A DNA stretch of 42,545 bases, from contig CAYVQA010000002.1 of assembly GCA_964453965.1 (NCBI GenBank), positions 1 through 42,545 of the forward strand, read 5' to 3'. The notes beneath the pieces were generated by a model. That model saw only the letters and a list, made by a program, of their open reading frames with translations. It had not been told where the DNA came from and searched no databases. Positions 29,596 through 39,214 of this stretch are shown here, in pieces. The DNA is from an uncultured Staphylococcaceae bacterium (GTDB lineage: Bacteria; Bacillota_I; Bacilli_A; ML615J-28; CAG-313). Position 1 is the first letter of the stretch; every line of letters starts with the position of its first letter. The position numbers were made by a program, and so were the translations under genes.

Positions 29596-30032
29596 TGCAA
29601 AATAATGATTTTTATGAAACGCCAAAAAATAGCATTTTGGGATACATACTACCCTTAGTTATTTCACTTTTATATGCAATTGTTTTAGGCGCATTACAAT
29701 CATTAATTTCATATCAATTATTCTTTCTTGCCTTTCTATCATCATATTTAATTGGCAGTTATATGCTTAAATACTTGGAATACTATACTATTTTTCATAA
29801 AATCCTTGCGGCTATTTATGGATTAATATCATATGTTGCTTTCTTATTTTCTTACATCTTTTTTATTTATTTAAGTGTAGGATTAAGTGCTGGTGATGCG
29901 TTTAAAATCGTATTTAGTATTGATGGAATAAAAGTATTTTTTAGTTTAATTAAGGGGTTTAATATTATTTATATAATTATTACACCAATTGCTAGTTATT
30001 GTTATTTAGAATACCGCGGAAGAAAATTTTAA
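29595..30032 (+). CDS. small polytopic membrane protein (145 aa), unknown function
   Basis: About 4 hydrophobic helices. Its ATG overlaps the gpmI TAA (TAATG at 29593-29597), implying translational coupling. Confidence 0.6.
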   Translation: MQNNDFYETPKNSILGYILPLVISLLYAIVLGALQSLISYQLFFLAFLSSYLIGSYMLKYLEYYTIFHKILAAIYGLISYVAFLFSYIFFIYLSVGLSAGDAFKIVFSIDGIKVFFSLIKGFNIIYIIITPIASYCYLEYRGRKF

Positions 30033-30036
30033 TTAG

Positions 30037-31458
<1,422 letters not shown>

Positions 31459-31468
31459 AATAAAAATG

Positions 31469-31494
31469 GGATGATATCTTAATTGATATCATCC
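31469..31494. terminator. bidirectional hairpin between convergent eno and lgt
   Basis: Perfect GGATGATATC / GATATCATCC stem with loop TTAATT. The lgt stop codon (31479-31481) sits in the loop and the right arm encodes the last lgt codons. Confidence 0.65.
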
Positions 31495-32270
31495 TTTAAT
31501 TCTTCTATATTTTCGTCAAGAACATTAATTCTTTCTTGATTTGGATTAATGATAAATAAAACAATTCCACTAATAACAAGAATAATCGAGATAACTTGTG
31601 ATGGTGATAAAGTTCCAAATAAACCACCACGATCATCGCCTCTTAAAAATTCAATGAAAAATCTAAATGTTCCATAACTAATCAAATATACTTTAAATTG
31701 ATCTTTTTTAAGAAAAACTAAAACACCAAACAGAATAAATAAGAAAATTGCTTCAAATAATTGCGTTGGGAATACTTTTACATTAGGACCATATTGCCAA
31801 TATGCCATTGAGCCAATAGGAAAAGTTATACCGAAAATACTATCTGTAGGTTTACCATAACAACATCCAGCACAAAAACAACCAATCCGACCAAATGCAT
31901 GGGCAATTGTAACACCAGTGATAATAATATTCATAAAGAAAAAGATATTCTTTTTTTCTTTTTTTAAAATTTTACAAAATAAAATAATAAAAGTTGCTAA
32001 AGCGGTGATTAATCCACCTAAAAAAGTAATCCCATTTGTTTTTAATTCTTTATCTTTAATGGAATGAAATAACGCATCAAATCCAAAGGCGCCAATATAC
32101 ATTAGACAACCACTGATTATTAAAATTAAAACTAAATCTTCAATTAAACTTTTTGTAAGATCTGCTTTTTTAAATTTATAAAGAACATATGCACTAAATA
32201 ATAAAATACCGATAATCATCATAATTGCATACATATCTAAAAATTCAATATCAAATAAATTAGGATACAT
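31479..32270 (-). CDS. lgt: prolipoprotein diacylglyceryl transferase
   Basis: Polytopic membrane protein with a HAFGRIGCFCAGCCYGKPT motif (the Lgt GR.GN/C...YG signature) and an FPTQL segment. GAAAGGGGA RBS sits before ATG 32270 (MYPNLF), so the ORF-track start at 32330 is an over-extension. Confidence 0.82.
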   Translation of the reverse strand: MYPNLFDIEFLDMYAIMMIIGILLFSAYVLYKFKKADLTKSLIEDLVLILIISGCLMYIGAFGFDALFHSIKDKELKTNGITFLGGLITALATFIILFCKILKKEKKNIFFFMNIIITGVTIAHAFGRIGCFCAGCCYGKPTDSIFGITFPIGSMAYWQYGPNVKVFPTQLFEAIFLFILFGVLVFLKKDQFKVYLISYGTFRFFIEFLRGDDRGGLFGTLSPSQVISIILVISGIVLFIINPNQERINVLDENIEELKDDIN

Positions 32271-32439
32271 AAGTTTCCCCTTTCGTTCATAAACTAGATA
32301 AATTATAACAAAATTAAAGACATTTTGCAAATAAATAAATATATTTAATAAAAATTTTTAATAGCCTATCAAAAAACTGGCTAAAAAAAAGATTATATAG
32401 TATAATATACTAGTAATACTTAGTAAAGTAGGTGAAAAT

Positions 32440-33201
32440 TTGGAACAAAATAATTCAACATTAAAATTATTTAAAGGAATGCAAGATGAAATTAATACAT
32501 TAGATAAACAATTATTAATTATGAAAATTTTAGCTCTTTGCACAAAAGATGATGACCAAATCGAATTAATAAATTTTATAACTAACAGAAAAGCAGAACT
32601 TGCAAGCGACATAACAAAATATAGTAATCTAAATAGTGAAGGAGATTATCGCTGGCTTCACAATAAAATATTAAACGATTATCGATTAGTTATGGAACTT
32701 TACAAGGAACAAGAAGAAAAAATCAATACTTGTTTTCGCTATGCTAGTATTATCATCCTTAATCATAAAGATGAAGACACATTGCTTGATTTTTATGAAA
32801 AAGTAAAAAGCATTCTTGATAAATTTACAACAACAACCGAAGCAGCTGAATATTTGATTTTCCATACTGGTGGTGAATTAACTGATTTTATGGGTTTATT
32901 AATTAAATATGTTAAAGAAGAAGAACAAGGAAAGATGAAAAAACTTATTCCAATTAAATATTTAGAAGAACATCAAACGATTTTAACTTTAACTTTAAAA
33001 CAATGGATTGATATTTTTAATCACTTAGAATATTCTTTAAAATATTTAACACCTAATAAGAATAAGAGTTATCGTAATTTAAAATTACAATATGATAAAT
33101 TACAATTATACTATTTCATAATTATTTCTAGCAGAAATTGTAATAGAAAGAGCGACGATAATGTATCAAGTAATTGTCAATTCCCTTGTAAAAATATTTA
33201 A
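32440..33201 (+). CDS. hypothetical protein (253 aa), TTG start
   Basis: AGGTGA RBS 4 nt before TTG 32440. Predicted soluble and helical, with no recognisable family. The 3' end overlaps rsmB by 41 nt. Confidence 0.5.
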   Translation: MEQNNSTLKLFKGMQDEINTLDKQLLIMKILALCTKDDDQIELINFITNRKAELASDITKYSNLNSEGDYRWLHNKILNDYRLVMELYKEQEEKINTCFRYASIIILNHKDEDTLLDFYEKVKSILDKFTTTTEAAEYLIFHTGGELTDFMGLLIKYVKEEEQGKMKKLIPIKYLEEHQTILTLTLKQWIDIFNHLEYSLKYLTPNKNKSYRNLKLQYDKLQLYYFIIISSRNCNRKSDDNVSSNCQFPCKNI

Positions 33202-34423
33202 TGAAGATGCTTATTTAAATAAAGTTGTAAGTGCTGAATTAGAAAAAAATAAATTTAGTGATTTAGAAAAACGCCTATATACGAAAATAACTTATGGGGT
33301 AGTGGAAAATAAAATTCTTTTAGATTACTATCTTCAACCATTTATCAAAGGAATAAGAGTAAAACCATTTATTAAAAATGTTTTAAGAATTGGTGCTTAT
33401 GTTATTAATAATATGGATATGGCTAATCATTATATTGTTTCAACATTAGTAGATTTAGTAAAAAAAACAGATTTTAGAAGTACTAAATTTGTAAATGGCG
33501 TCTTAAGAAATTTTGAAAGAACAAAGCGAAGACCATTCACTAATTTATCAAAAAAAGAATTTCTTTCGATAAAATATAGTATGCCATTAGATATCGTTAA
33601 TTTTTTAATTAAAGATTATGACATAAAGAAAGCAGAAGAAATTTTAAATGCTTATCTCAATACAAAAAGTATCAACACATATCGCATAAATTATCTTTTA
33701 ACAAATAATTTTGAAAATTTAAAACTTGAATTATCAAAAATTGATGAATATATCATATTAGAAGATGATATGATTTATACAAAAAAATCATTAATTCATA
33801 CAAATTTTTTTAAAAATGGTCAAATAATTGCTCAAGATTATTCAAGCACCTTGCCCGCAAGATTTTTAAATCCAACGCTTAATGATATCGTATTAGATAC
33901 ATGTAGTGCGCCGGGAATGAAAACAATTCAAATGGCTGGAATGATGAAGAATACTGGACAAATTATTGCGTTAGATATTTATGAACATAAATTAAATTTA
34001 ATTAATGAAAATTGCCAAAAATATAATGTAACAAATGTTAAAACAATCCTAGAAGACGCTAGAAAAATAACTTTTGAACAACAATTTGATAAAATATTAG
34101 TTGATGCGCCTTGTTCAGGATTAGGCGTAATCGCTCACAAACCAGATTTAAAATATCATATGACTTCTTCAAAAATAGAGGAATTATCTTTATTATCTTA
34201 TGATATCTTAAACAATGTAAGTAAATTTTTAAAACCAAAAGGTATTTTAGTTTTTAGTACTTGCACAATTACAAAATGCGAAAATGAAAATTTGATAAAA
34301 AAATTTTTAGTTAATCATACAAATTTTAAAAAAATTGAAGAAGAAAAAATTTTACCGAATAAAGAAAAAATTCAGGATGGATTTTATATTTGCAAATTAA
34401 AGAAAGAGGAAGAAAATGAATAA
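33161..34423 (+). CDS. rsmB: 16S rRNA (cytosine967-C5)-methyltransferase
   Basis: NusB-like N-terminal domain followed by SAM MTase motifs DTCSAPGMKT, VDAPCSGLGV and FSTCT. Confidence 0.85.
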   Translation: MYQVIVNSLVKIFNEDAYLNKVVSAELEKNKFSDLEKRLYTKITYGVVENKILLDYYLQPFIKGIRVKPFIKNVLRIGAYVINNMDMANHYIVSTLVDLVKKTDFRSTKFVNGVLRNFERTKRRPFTNLSKKEFLSIKYSMPLDIVNFLIKDYDIKKAEEILNAYLNTKSINTYRINYLLTNNFENLKLELSKIDEYIILEDDMIYTKKSLIHTNFFKNGQIIAQDYSSTLPARFLNPTLNDIVLDTCSAPGMKTIQMAGMMKNTGQIIALDIYEHKLNLINENCQKYNVTNVKTILEDARKITFEQQFDKILVDAPCSGLGVIAHKPDLKYHMTSSKIEELSLLSYDILNNVSKFLKPKGILVFSTCTITKCENENLIKKFLVNHTNFKKIEEEKILPNKEKIQDGFYICKLKKEEENE

Positions 34424-34964
34424 TATTTTAGAAGAAGTGTTATATTCAAATCAAGAAATTAAAAATAGGTCAAGTGAACTTGGAAAACAAATTACAATCG
34501 ATTATGAAAATAAAAATCTTTTAGTCGTTGGGTTATTAAAAGGTAGTGTTCCTTTCTTGGCAGAATTAATTAAACACATTGAATGTGAGATGGAAATTGA
34601 TTTTATGCAAGTATCATCATACGAAGGAACAACAAAATCAACTTTAGAAGTAAAAGTTATTAAAAATATTGATACGGTTGTTACCAATCGCCATATATTA
34701 ATAGTTGAAGATATCATTGATACAGGATTAACTCTAAAAAAGGTAATTGAAATTTTACAAGAATTAAAACCGGCATCACTTGAAATTGTAACATTACTAG
34801 ATAAAAAAGAAGGAAGAATGGTTGAAGGATTAAATCCTAAATACGTAGGCTTTGATATTCCTAATAAATTTGTTGTTGGTTTTGGACTAGATTATCAACA
34901 AAAACTTCGTAATCTAGATTGTATTGGTGTCTTAAAAAAAGAAATTTATATGAAAGAAGAATAA
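34416..34964 (+). CDS. hpt: hypoxanthine phosphoribosyltransferase
   Basis: PRPP-binding loop [26 protein letters not shown], and FVVGFGLDY. Confidence 0.9.
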   Translation: MNNILEEVLYSNQEIKNRSSELGKQITIDYENKNLLVVGLLKGSVPFLAELIKHIECEMEIDFMQVSSYEGTTKSTLEVKVIKNIDTVVTNRHILIVEDIIDTGLTLKKVIEILQELKPASLEIVTLLDKKEGRMVEGLNPKYVGFDIPNKFVVGFGLDYQQKLRNLDCIGVLKKEIYMKEE

Positions 34965-34965
34965 T

Positions 34966-35394
34966 ATGAACGGATATATTAAATTAGCAAATCAAGAAAT
35001 AATAGAAATTGAATTATATGAAAAAGATGCGCCTATTGCGGCTAACAATTTTAAAAAATTAGCTAATTCAGGTTTTTATGATGGACTTACATTCCATCGT
35101 GTAATTCCAGGATTTGTTTCACAAGGAGGATGTCCAATTGGCAATGGAACTGGAGGTCCAGGCTACACAATACCATGTGAAACCGCAAATAACCCTCATA
35201 AACATATTAAAGGCGCTATTAGTATGGCACATCGCGGAAAAGATACCGGTGGTTCACAATTTTTTATTTGTCATGATGCCTTTCCTCATTTAGATGGTGT
35301 TCATACTGTTTTTGGAATGGTTACAAAAAATGTTGAAGCCGCAATCAATATGCGACAAGGTGAGCATATTGAAGAAATAAGAATTTATGAATAG
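34966..35394 (+). CDS. ppiB: peptidylprolyl isomerase, cyclophilin type
   Basis: Motifs [33 protein letters not shown] and LDGVHTVFG. Confidence 0.88.
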   Translation: MNGYIKLANQEIIEIELYEKDAPIAANNFKKLANSGFYDGLTFHRVIPGFVSQGGCPIGNGTGGPGYTIPCETANNPHKHIKGAISMAHRGKDTGGSQFFICHDAFPHLDGVHTVFGMVTKNVEAAINMRQGEHIEEIRIYE

Positions 35395-36430
35395 TATATT
35401 TGATTATACATTAGAGGAATTAGGCGAATATTTTGTTTCAACAGGTGATAAAAAATATCGAGCAACACAAATATTTGAATGGATTTATCGCTACCGAGTT
35501 AATGATTTTGACCAAATGACTAATTTATCGAAAAAAGGAATTGAAATTTTAAAAACTAATTTTATTATCGATACATTAGAAATCAAAAAATGTCAAATAT
35601 CTTCTGATGGTACAAGAAAATATTTATTTGGCTTAAAAGATGGAAAAATGGTCGAAACTGTTTTAATGAGACACAATTATGGAAATAGCATTTGTATTTC
35701 AACTCAAGTTGGCTGCAGTATGGGATGTGCTTTTTGTGCTAGTGGCGAATTAGGAAAAGTTAGAAATTTAACTTTATCAGAATTAGTTTTACAAGTTTTA
35801 ATGGTTCAAAAAGATTTAGATTCAGAAAATGCGAGAATTAGTAATATTGTTGTTATGGGAACTGGAGAACCATTTGACAATTATGAAAATTTAAAACGTT
35901 TCTTAAATGTTGTTAATTACGCAAAGGGATTAGAAATTGGTGCACGACATATTACTGTTTCTACATGTGGAATTGTTCCGAAAATCAAAGAATTTGCGGA
36001 ATTTCCATTACAAGTTAATTTAGCTATTAGTTTACATGCACCAAATAACCAAATACGTGACCAAATAATGAAAATTAATCATCGCTATAAAATCGAAGAA
36101 ATCATTGATGCTATAAAATATTATTTAGAAAAGACATCCCGAAGAGTAACATTTGAATATATTCTCTTAAAAGATGTAAATGACTCAGATGAATGCGCTA
36201 AAGAATTATCAAAGCTTCTAAAAAATATTTTATGTTATGTTAATTTAATTCCATATAATGAAGTTACAACAAAACCATTTAAACAAGTAACTCACGATGA
36301 AGCAGAAAAATTTTTTACAATATTAAAGAAAAATGGCTTAAATGTTACATTGAGGGCAGAACATGGTGCTGATATCGATGCCGCGTGTGGTCAACTTCGT
36401 GCTAAAACAATTCGCGAAAACCAAAATTAA
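35387..36430 (+). CDS. rlmN: 23S rRNA/tRNA (adenine-C2)-methyltransferase, radical SAM
   Basis: Motifs [13 protein letters not shown], radical-SAM [11 protein letters not shown], the GTGEP motif and C-terminal AACGQL. Confidence 0.92.
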   Translation: MNSIFDYTLEELGEYFVSTGDKKYRATQIFEWIYRYRVNDFDQMTNLSKKGIEILKTNFIIDTLEIKKCQISSDGTRKYLFGLKDGKMVETVLMRHNYGNSICISTQVGCSMGCAFCASGELGKVRNLTLSELVLQVLMVQKDLDSENARISNIVVMGTGEPFDNYENLKRFLNVVNYAKGLEIGARHITVSTCGIVPKIKEFAEFPLQVNLAISLHAPNNQIRDQIMKINHRYKIEEIIDAIKYYLEKTSRRVTFEYILLKDVNDSDECAKELSKLLKNILCYVNLIPYNEVTTKPFKQVTHDEAEKFFTILKKNGLNVTLRAEHGADIDAACGQLRAKTIRENQN

Positions 36431-36439
36431 GAGGTAAAA

Positions 36440-37303
36440 ATGCAAGGAACAATTGTTAAATTAATCGCTGGACAATATACTGTTTACGCGAAAGAAACAA
36501 ATGAATATTATAATTGTAAACCATTAGGTATTTTTAGACATCAAGATTTAAAACCAAAAGTTGGTGATATTGTTGAATTTAAAGATACAACAATTATAAA
36601 AATTCAAACACGCCACAACGACTTAATTAGGCCAGCTATTTGTAATATCGACCAAGCATTGGTTGTTACAAGTGTGAAAAAACCAAATTTGAATCTAAAT
36701 TTACTAGACCGTTTTTTAGTAATATTGGAACATCATGAAATTACACCGATTTTAATATTTTCAAAATGGGATTTGTTAACTGAAAATGAAAAAATTCAAG
36801 TAAAAGAAAAAATCGATTATTATCAACAAATTGGTTACAAAGTAATAATTACTTCAAATGAAAAAATCAATTTAGAAAATATAAAAAATCTACTACAAGA
36901 TAAAATAAGTCTTATCACTGGCGAAAGTGGTGTAGGAAAAAGTAGCTTATTAAATTCAATTGATAATAATCTAGATATTAAAACAAATGAAATTTCAATT
37001 GCCTTAAATAGAGGAAAACATACAACAAGACATGTCGAATTAATCAGAAGTTCTGGTGGTTGGGTTGCGGATACACCTGGATTTGGAAACTTATCATTAG
37101 AAGAAATAAATGAAAATGAATTGCCATTTTTATTTAAAGAATTTAATGAATATAGTAATACATGTAAGTTTACATCGTGTCTTCATATTAATGAAAAAAT
37201 ATGTGGTATAAAAAATGCACTTGCAGAAAATAAAATTAAAAGTGAAAGATATGAAAATTATAAATCTTTCTTAAATGAAATAAAAAATAATCGAAAGTGG
37301 TGA
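36440..37303 (+). CDS. rsgA: ribosome small subunit-dependent GTPase A
   Basis: OB N-terminus, circularly permuted GTPase motifs (SKWDL, GESGVGKSSLLN, DTPGF) and the zinc knuckle CKFTSCLHINEKIC. Confidence 0.9.
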   Translation: MQGTIVKLIAGQYTVYAKETNEYYNCKPLGIFRHQDLKPKVGDIVEFKDTTIIKIQTRHNDLIRPAICNIDQALVVTSVKKPNLNLNLLDRFLVILEHHEITPILIFSKWDLLTENEKIQVKEKIDYYQQIGYKVIITSNEKINLENIKNLLQDKISLITGESGVGKSSLLNSIDNNLDIKTNEISIALNRGKHTTRHVELIRSSGGWVADTPGFGNLSLEEINENELPFLFKEFNEYSNTCKFTSCLHINEKICGIKNALAENKIKSERYENYKSFLNEIKNNRKW

Positions 37304-37308
37304 TTAAA

Positions 37309-37953
37309 ATGATCGTTGCACCATCAATTTTAGCAGCTGATTTTACAAATTTAAAAGAAGAAATTAAAAGAACAACTGATGCAGAAGTAAAATATTTACA
37401 TATTGATATCATGGATGGTCATTTTGTACCAAATATTTCTTTTGGTCCAAGTATTGTAAAACAAATAAGACATCTTTCAAATGCAATTTTTGATGTTCAT
37501 TTAATGATTTCCGAACCAGAAAAATACGTAAATACTTTTATCGATTCTGGTGCCGATAGTATTACATTTCATTATGAAGTAAAAAAAGATCATCATAAAT
37601 TGATTGACTCGATTCATAAAAAAAACATTAAATGTGGAATATCAATAAAACCAAATACAAGTGCCACAGTTTTAATTCCATATTTAGAAAAACTAGATTT
37701 AGTACTTATAATGAGTGTAGAGCCAGGCTTTGGTGGACAAAAATTTATGGAAAGTGCATTAGAGAAAATTAAATTTTTAGATGAATATCGCAAAAAAAAC
37801 AATCTAAATTATTTAATAGAAGTTGATGGCGGTATTAACTTAGATACTGCTAAACTTGTAAAAGATGCAGGTGTTGACCTTATAGTTGCAGGTACTTATC
37901 TTTTTAAAGCAAATGATTTTACAAATAAGGTTAAAGAATTAGAACAATTATGA
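37309..37953 (+). CDS. rpe: ribulose-phosphate 3-epimerase
   Basis: Motifs APSILAADF, HIDIMDGHFVPN, DVHLM, MSVEPGFGGQKF and VDGGIN. ATG 37309 lies just after the rsgA stop (37301-37303); the track start is GTG 37297. Confidence 0.92.
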   Translation: MIVAPSILAADFTNLKEEIKRTTDAEVKYLHIDIMDGHFVPNISFGPSIVKQIRHLSNAIFDVHLMISEPEKYVNTFIDSGADSITFHYEVKKDHHKLIDSIHKKNIKCGISIKPNTSATVLIPYLEKLDLVLIMSVEPGFGGQKFMESALEKIKFLDEYRKKNNLNYLIEVDGGINLDTAKLVKDAGVDLIVAGTYLFKANDFTNKVKELEQL

Positions 37954-38564
37954 GAGTAATAATCATTGGTAATTCCCCAATTAAATCATTTAAAAATAAT
38001 TATTTACAAGAAAAAGATGATTATTTTATAACATGCGATAAAGGAATCAAAGAACTTAAAAATTATAATCCTAATCTTGCGATAGGAGATTTTGATAGTG
38101 GGGGAAGATTTCTTGCAAAAAATGCAAATCAAACAAAAGTCTTTCCAGTAAAAAAAGATCAAACAGATTTAGAACTTGCACTTATGGAAATAATAAACTT
38201 GAAAGATGTTTCGGAAATTATCATATATGATGCAGGTGGAGCGAGAACAGATCATTATTTAATGAACTTAAAGTTAATTGCCAAATATCAAAAAAAATAT
38301 CAAACACAAATAACGCTAATAAATCAAAAAGAAGTAATTAAGTTTTTGACAAAAGGAAAATATATAATAAAAAATGATAATTACCAATATTTATCAATAA
38401 TTAATTTTGAAGAAACATTAATTACATTAGAAAAAGTTGAATATCCATTAAATAATTATTTATTAACAAAAGATAACACTTTAACAAGTAGTAATAAATT
38501 TATAAAAGATGAAGCGATAATAAAAATTCATTCAGGCGAAGCATACTTGATATTAGTAAAATAA
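37950..38564 (+). CDS. thiN: thiamine diphosphokinase
   Basis: 204 aa with a GDFDS motif and DQTDLELAL. The position after rpe matches Bacillus yloS/thiN. ATGA overlap with rpe. Confidence 0.8.
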   Translation: MRVIIIGNSPIKSFKNNYLQEKDDYFITCDKGIKELKNYNPNLAIGDFDSGGRFLAKNANQTKVFPVKKDQTDLELALMEIINLKDVSEIIIYDAGGARTDHYLMNLKLIAKYQKKYQTQITLINQKEVIKFLTKGKYIIKNDNYQYLSIINFEETLITLEKVEYPLNNYLLTKDNTLTSSNKFIKDEAIIKIHSGEAYLILVK

Positions 38565-38603
38565 AATGAAACATTAAAAACCTTAATGTTTCATTCTTTT
38601 TTT
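38565..38603. terminator. bidirectional terminator (thiN on +, spoVM on -)
   Basis: Perfect 13-bp stem AATGAAACATTAA / TTAATGTTTCATT with loop AAACC, a T-run on the + side and T-rich sequence on the - side. Confidence 0.85.
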
Positions 38604-38685
38604 ATTTATCTTTTGTAAAGATTTTTTTAAAAAAATTTAAAATAATTCCTAGCCATTTTGGCAAAACAATAACCGAATATTTCAT
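38602..38685 (-). CDS. spoVM: stage V sporulation protein M orthologue (27 aa), absent from the ORF track
   Basis: Minus-strand ATG at 38685 with an AGGTGA RBS (38690-38695 complement). It encodes MKYSVIVLPKWLGIILNFFKKIFTKDK, compared with B. subtilis SpoVM MKFYTIKLPKFLGGIVRAMLGSFRKD. The thiN-spoVM-rpmB neighbourhood is the same. Confidence 0.8.
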   Translation of the reverse strand: MKYSVIVLPKWLGIILNFFKKIFTKDK

Positions 38686-38700
38686 AATATCACCTAATTC

Positions 38701-38729
38701 ATTATATTAATAATTAGAAAATGATATGA
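38701..38729 (-). promoter_or_regulatory. sigma-E-type promoter of spoVM
   Basis: On the minus strand: TCATATC (38723-38729), a 14-nt spacer, then AATATAAT (38701-38708). The sigma-E consensus is TCATATT-N14-CATACAAT. Confidence 0.6.
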
Positions 38730-38744
38730 ATAAAATTAAAAAAA

Positions 38745-38772
38745 TAAAAAAGGCGTTTGAATTTCAAACACC
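38745..38772 (-). terminator. rho-independent terminator after rpmB
   Basis: On the minus strand, a GGTGTTTGA / TCAAACGCC stem (one G-U), loop AAT, then TTTTTT. Confidence 0.75.
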
Positions 38773-38784
38773 AAATTTTTATAA

Positions 38785-38976
38785 TTATGCGCGTTCAACT
38801 AATCCAGAACGTAAAGCACGAGTAGATACATACACTCTTACAACACGCCCTTTTTCGTCTTTAATGCGAACTTTTTGTAAATTTGCTTTCCAAGTACGAC
38901 GTGAAGCACGTAAAGAGTGAGAGCGACGATTACCTGTACTATTTCCTAAACCAGTAACATAACATTTACGAGCCAT
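38785..38976 (-). CDS. rpmB: 50S ribosomal protein L28
   Basis: [38 protein letters not shown]... is a canonical L28. GGAGGG RBS. Confidence 0.97.
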   Translation of the reverse strand: MARKCYVTGLGNSTGNRRSHSLRASRRTWKANLQKVRIKDEKGRVVRVYVSTRALRSGLVERA

Positions 38977-39023
38977 AGTATGCCCTCCTTTATATATTTA
39001 TAAATATTTATTAACTTCAGTGT

Positions 39024-39052
39024 ATTATACCACAACAGAAATGAATTTGCAA
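39024..39052 (-). promoter_or_regulatory. sigma-A promoter of rpmB
   Basis: On the minus strand: TTGCAA (39047-39052), a 17-nt spacer, then TGgTATAAT (ending at 39024). Confidence 0.6.
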
Positions 39053-39122
39053 GTAAAATGCCAAAAATTGAAAAATTACAACGGGAAAATTTTCACCTAA
39101 AAGTCCATATTAAACATATTCC

Positions 39123-39151
39123 TTGCAAAAATATTAAAAATGTGGTAATAT
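39123..39151 (+). promoter_or_regulatory. sigma-A promoter of the DAK2-domain gene
   Basis: TTGCAA at 39123-39128, a 17-nt spacer, and TGgTAATAT ending at 39151. Confidence 0.55.
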
Positions 39152-39214
39152 ATTAAGGCTATAAGTACGCTTATAGCACATTAATTAGAATTTTTATACG
39201 AAGGAGATAAAAAA

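Noticed and set aside
32355-32390. Small hairpin TAGCC...GGCTA followed by an A-run in the lgt / 253-aa-gene divergent intergenic region
   Set aside because: The stem is only 5 bp with a 12-nt loop, and it lies upstream of both genes, so it has no terminator role. It is likely fortuitous.
38726-38920. 64-aa + strand ORF in the track
   Set aside because: It lies antisense to and inside the unmistakable L28 gene (rpmB, 38785..38976 -). It has no RBS and is a shadow ORF.
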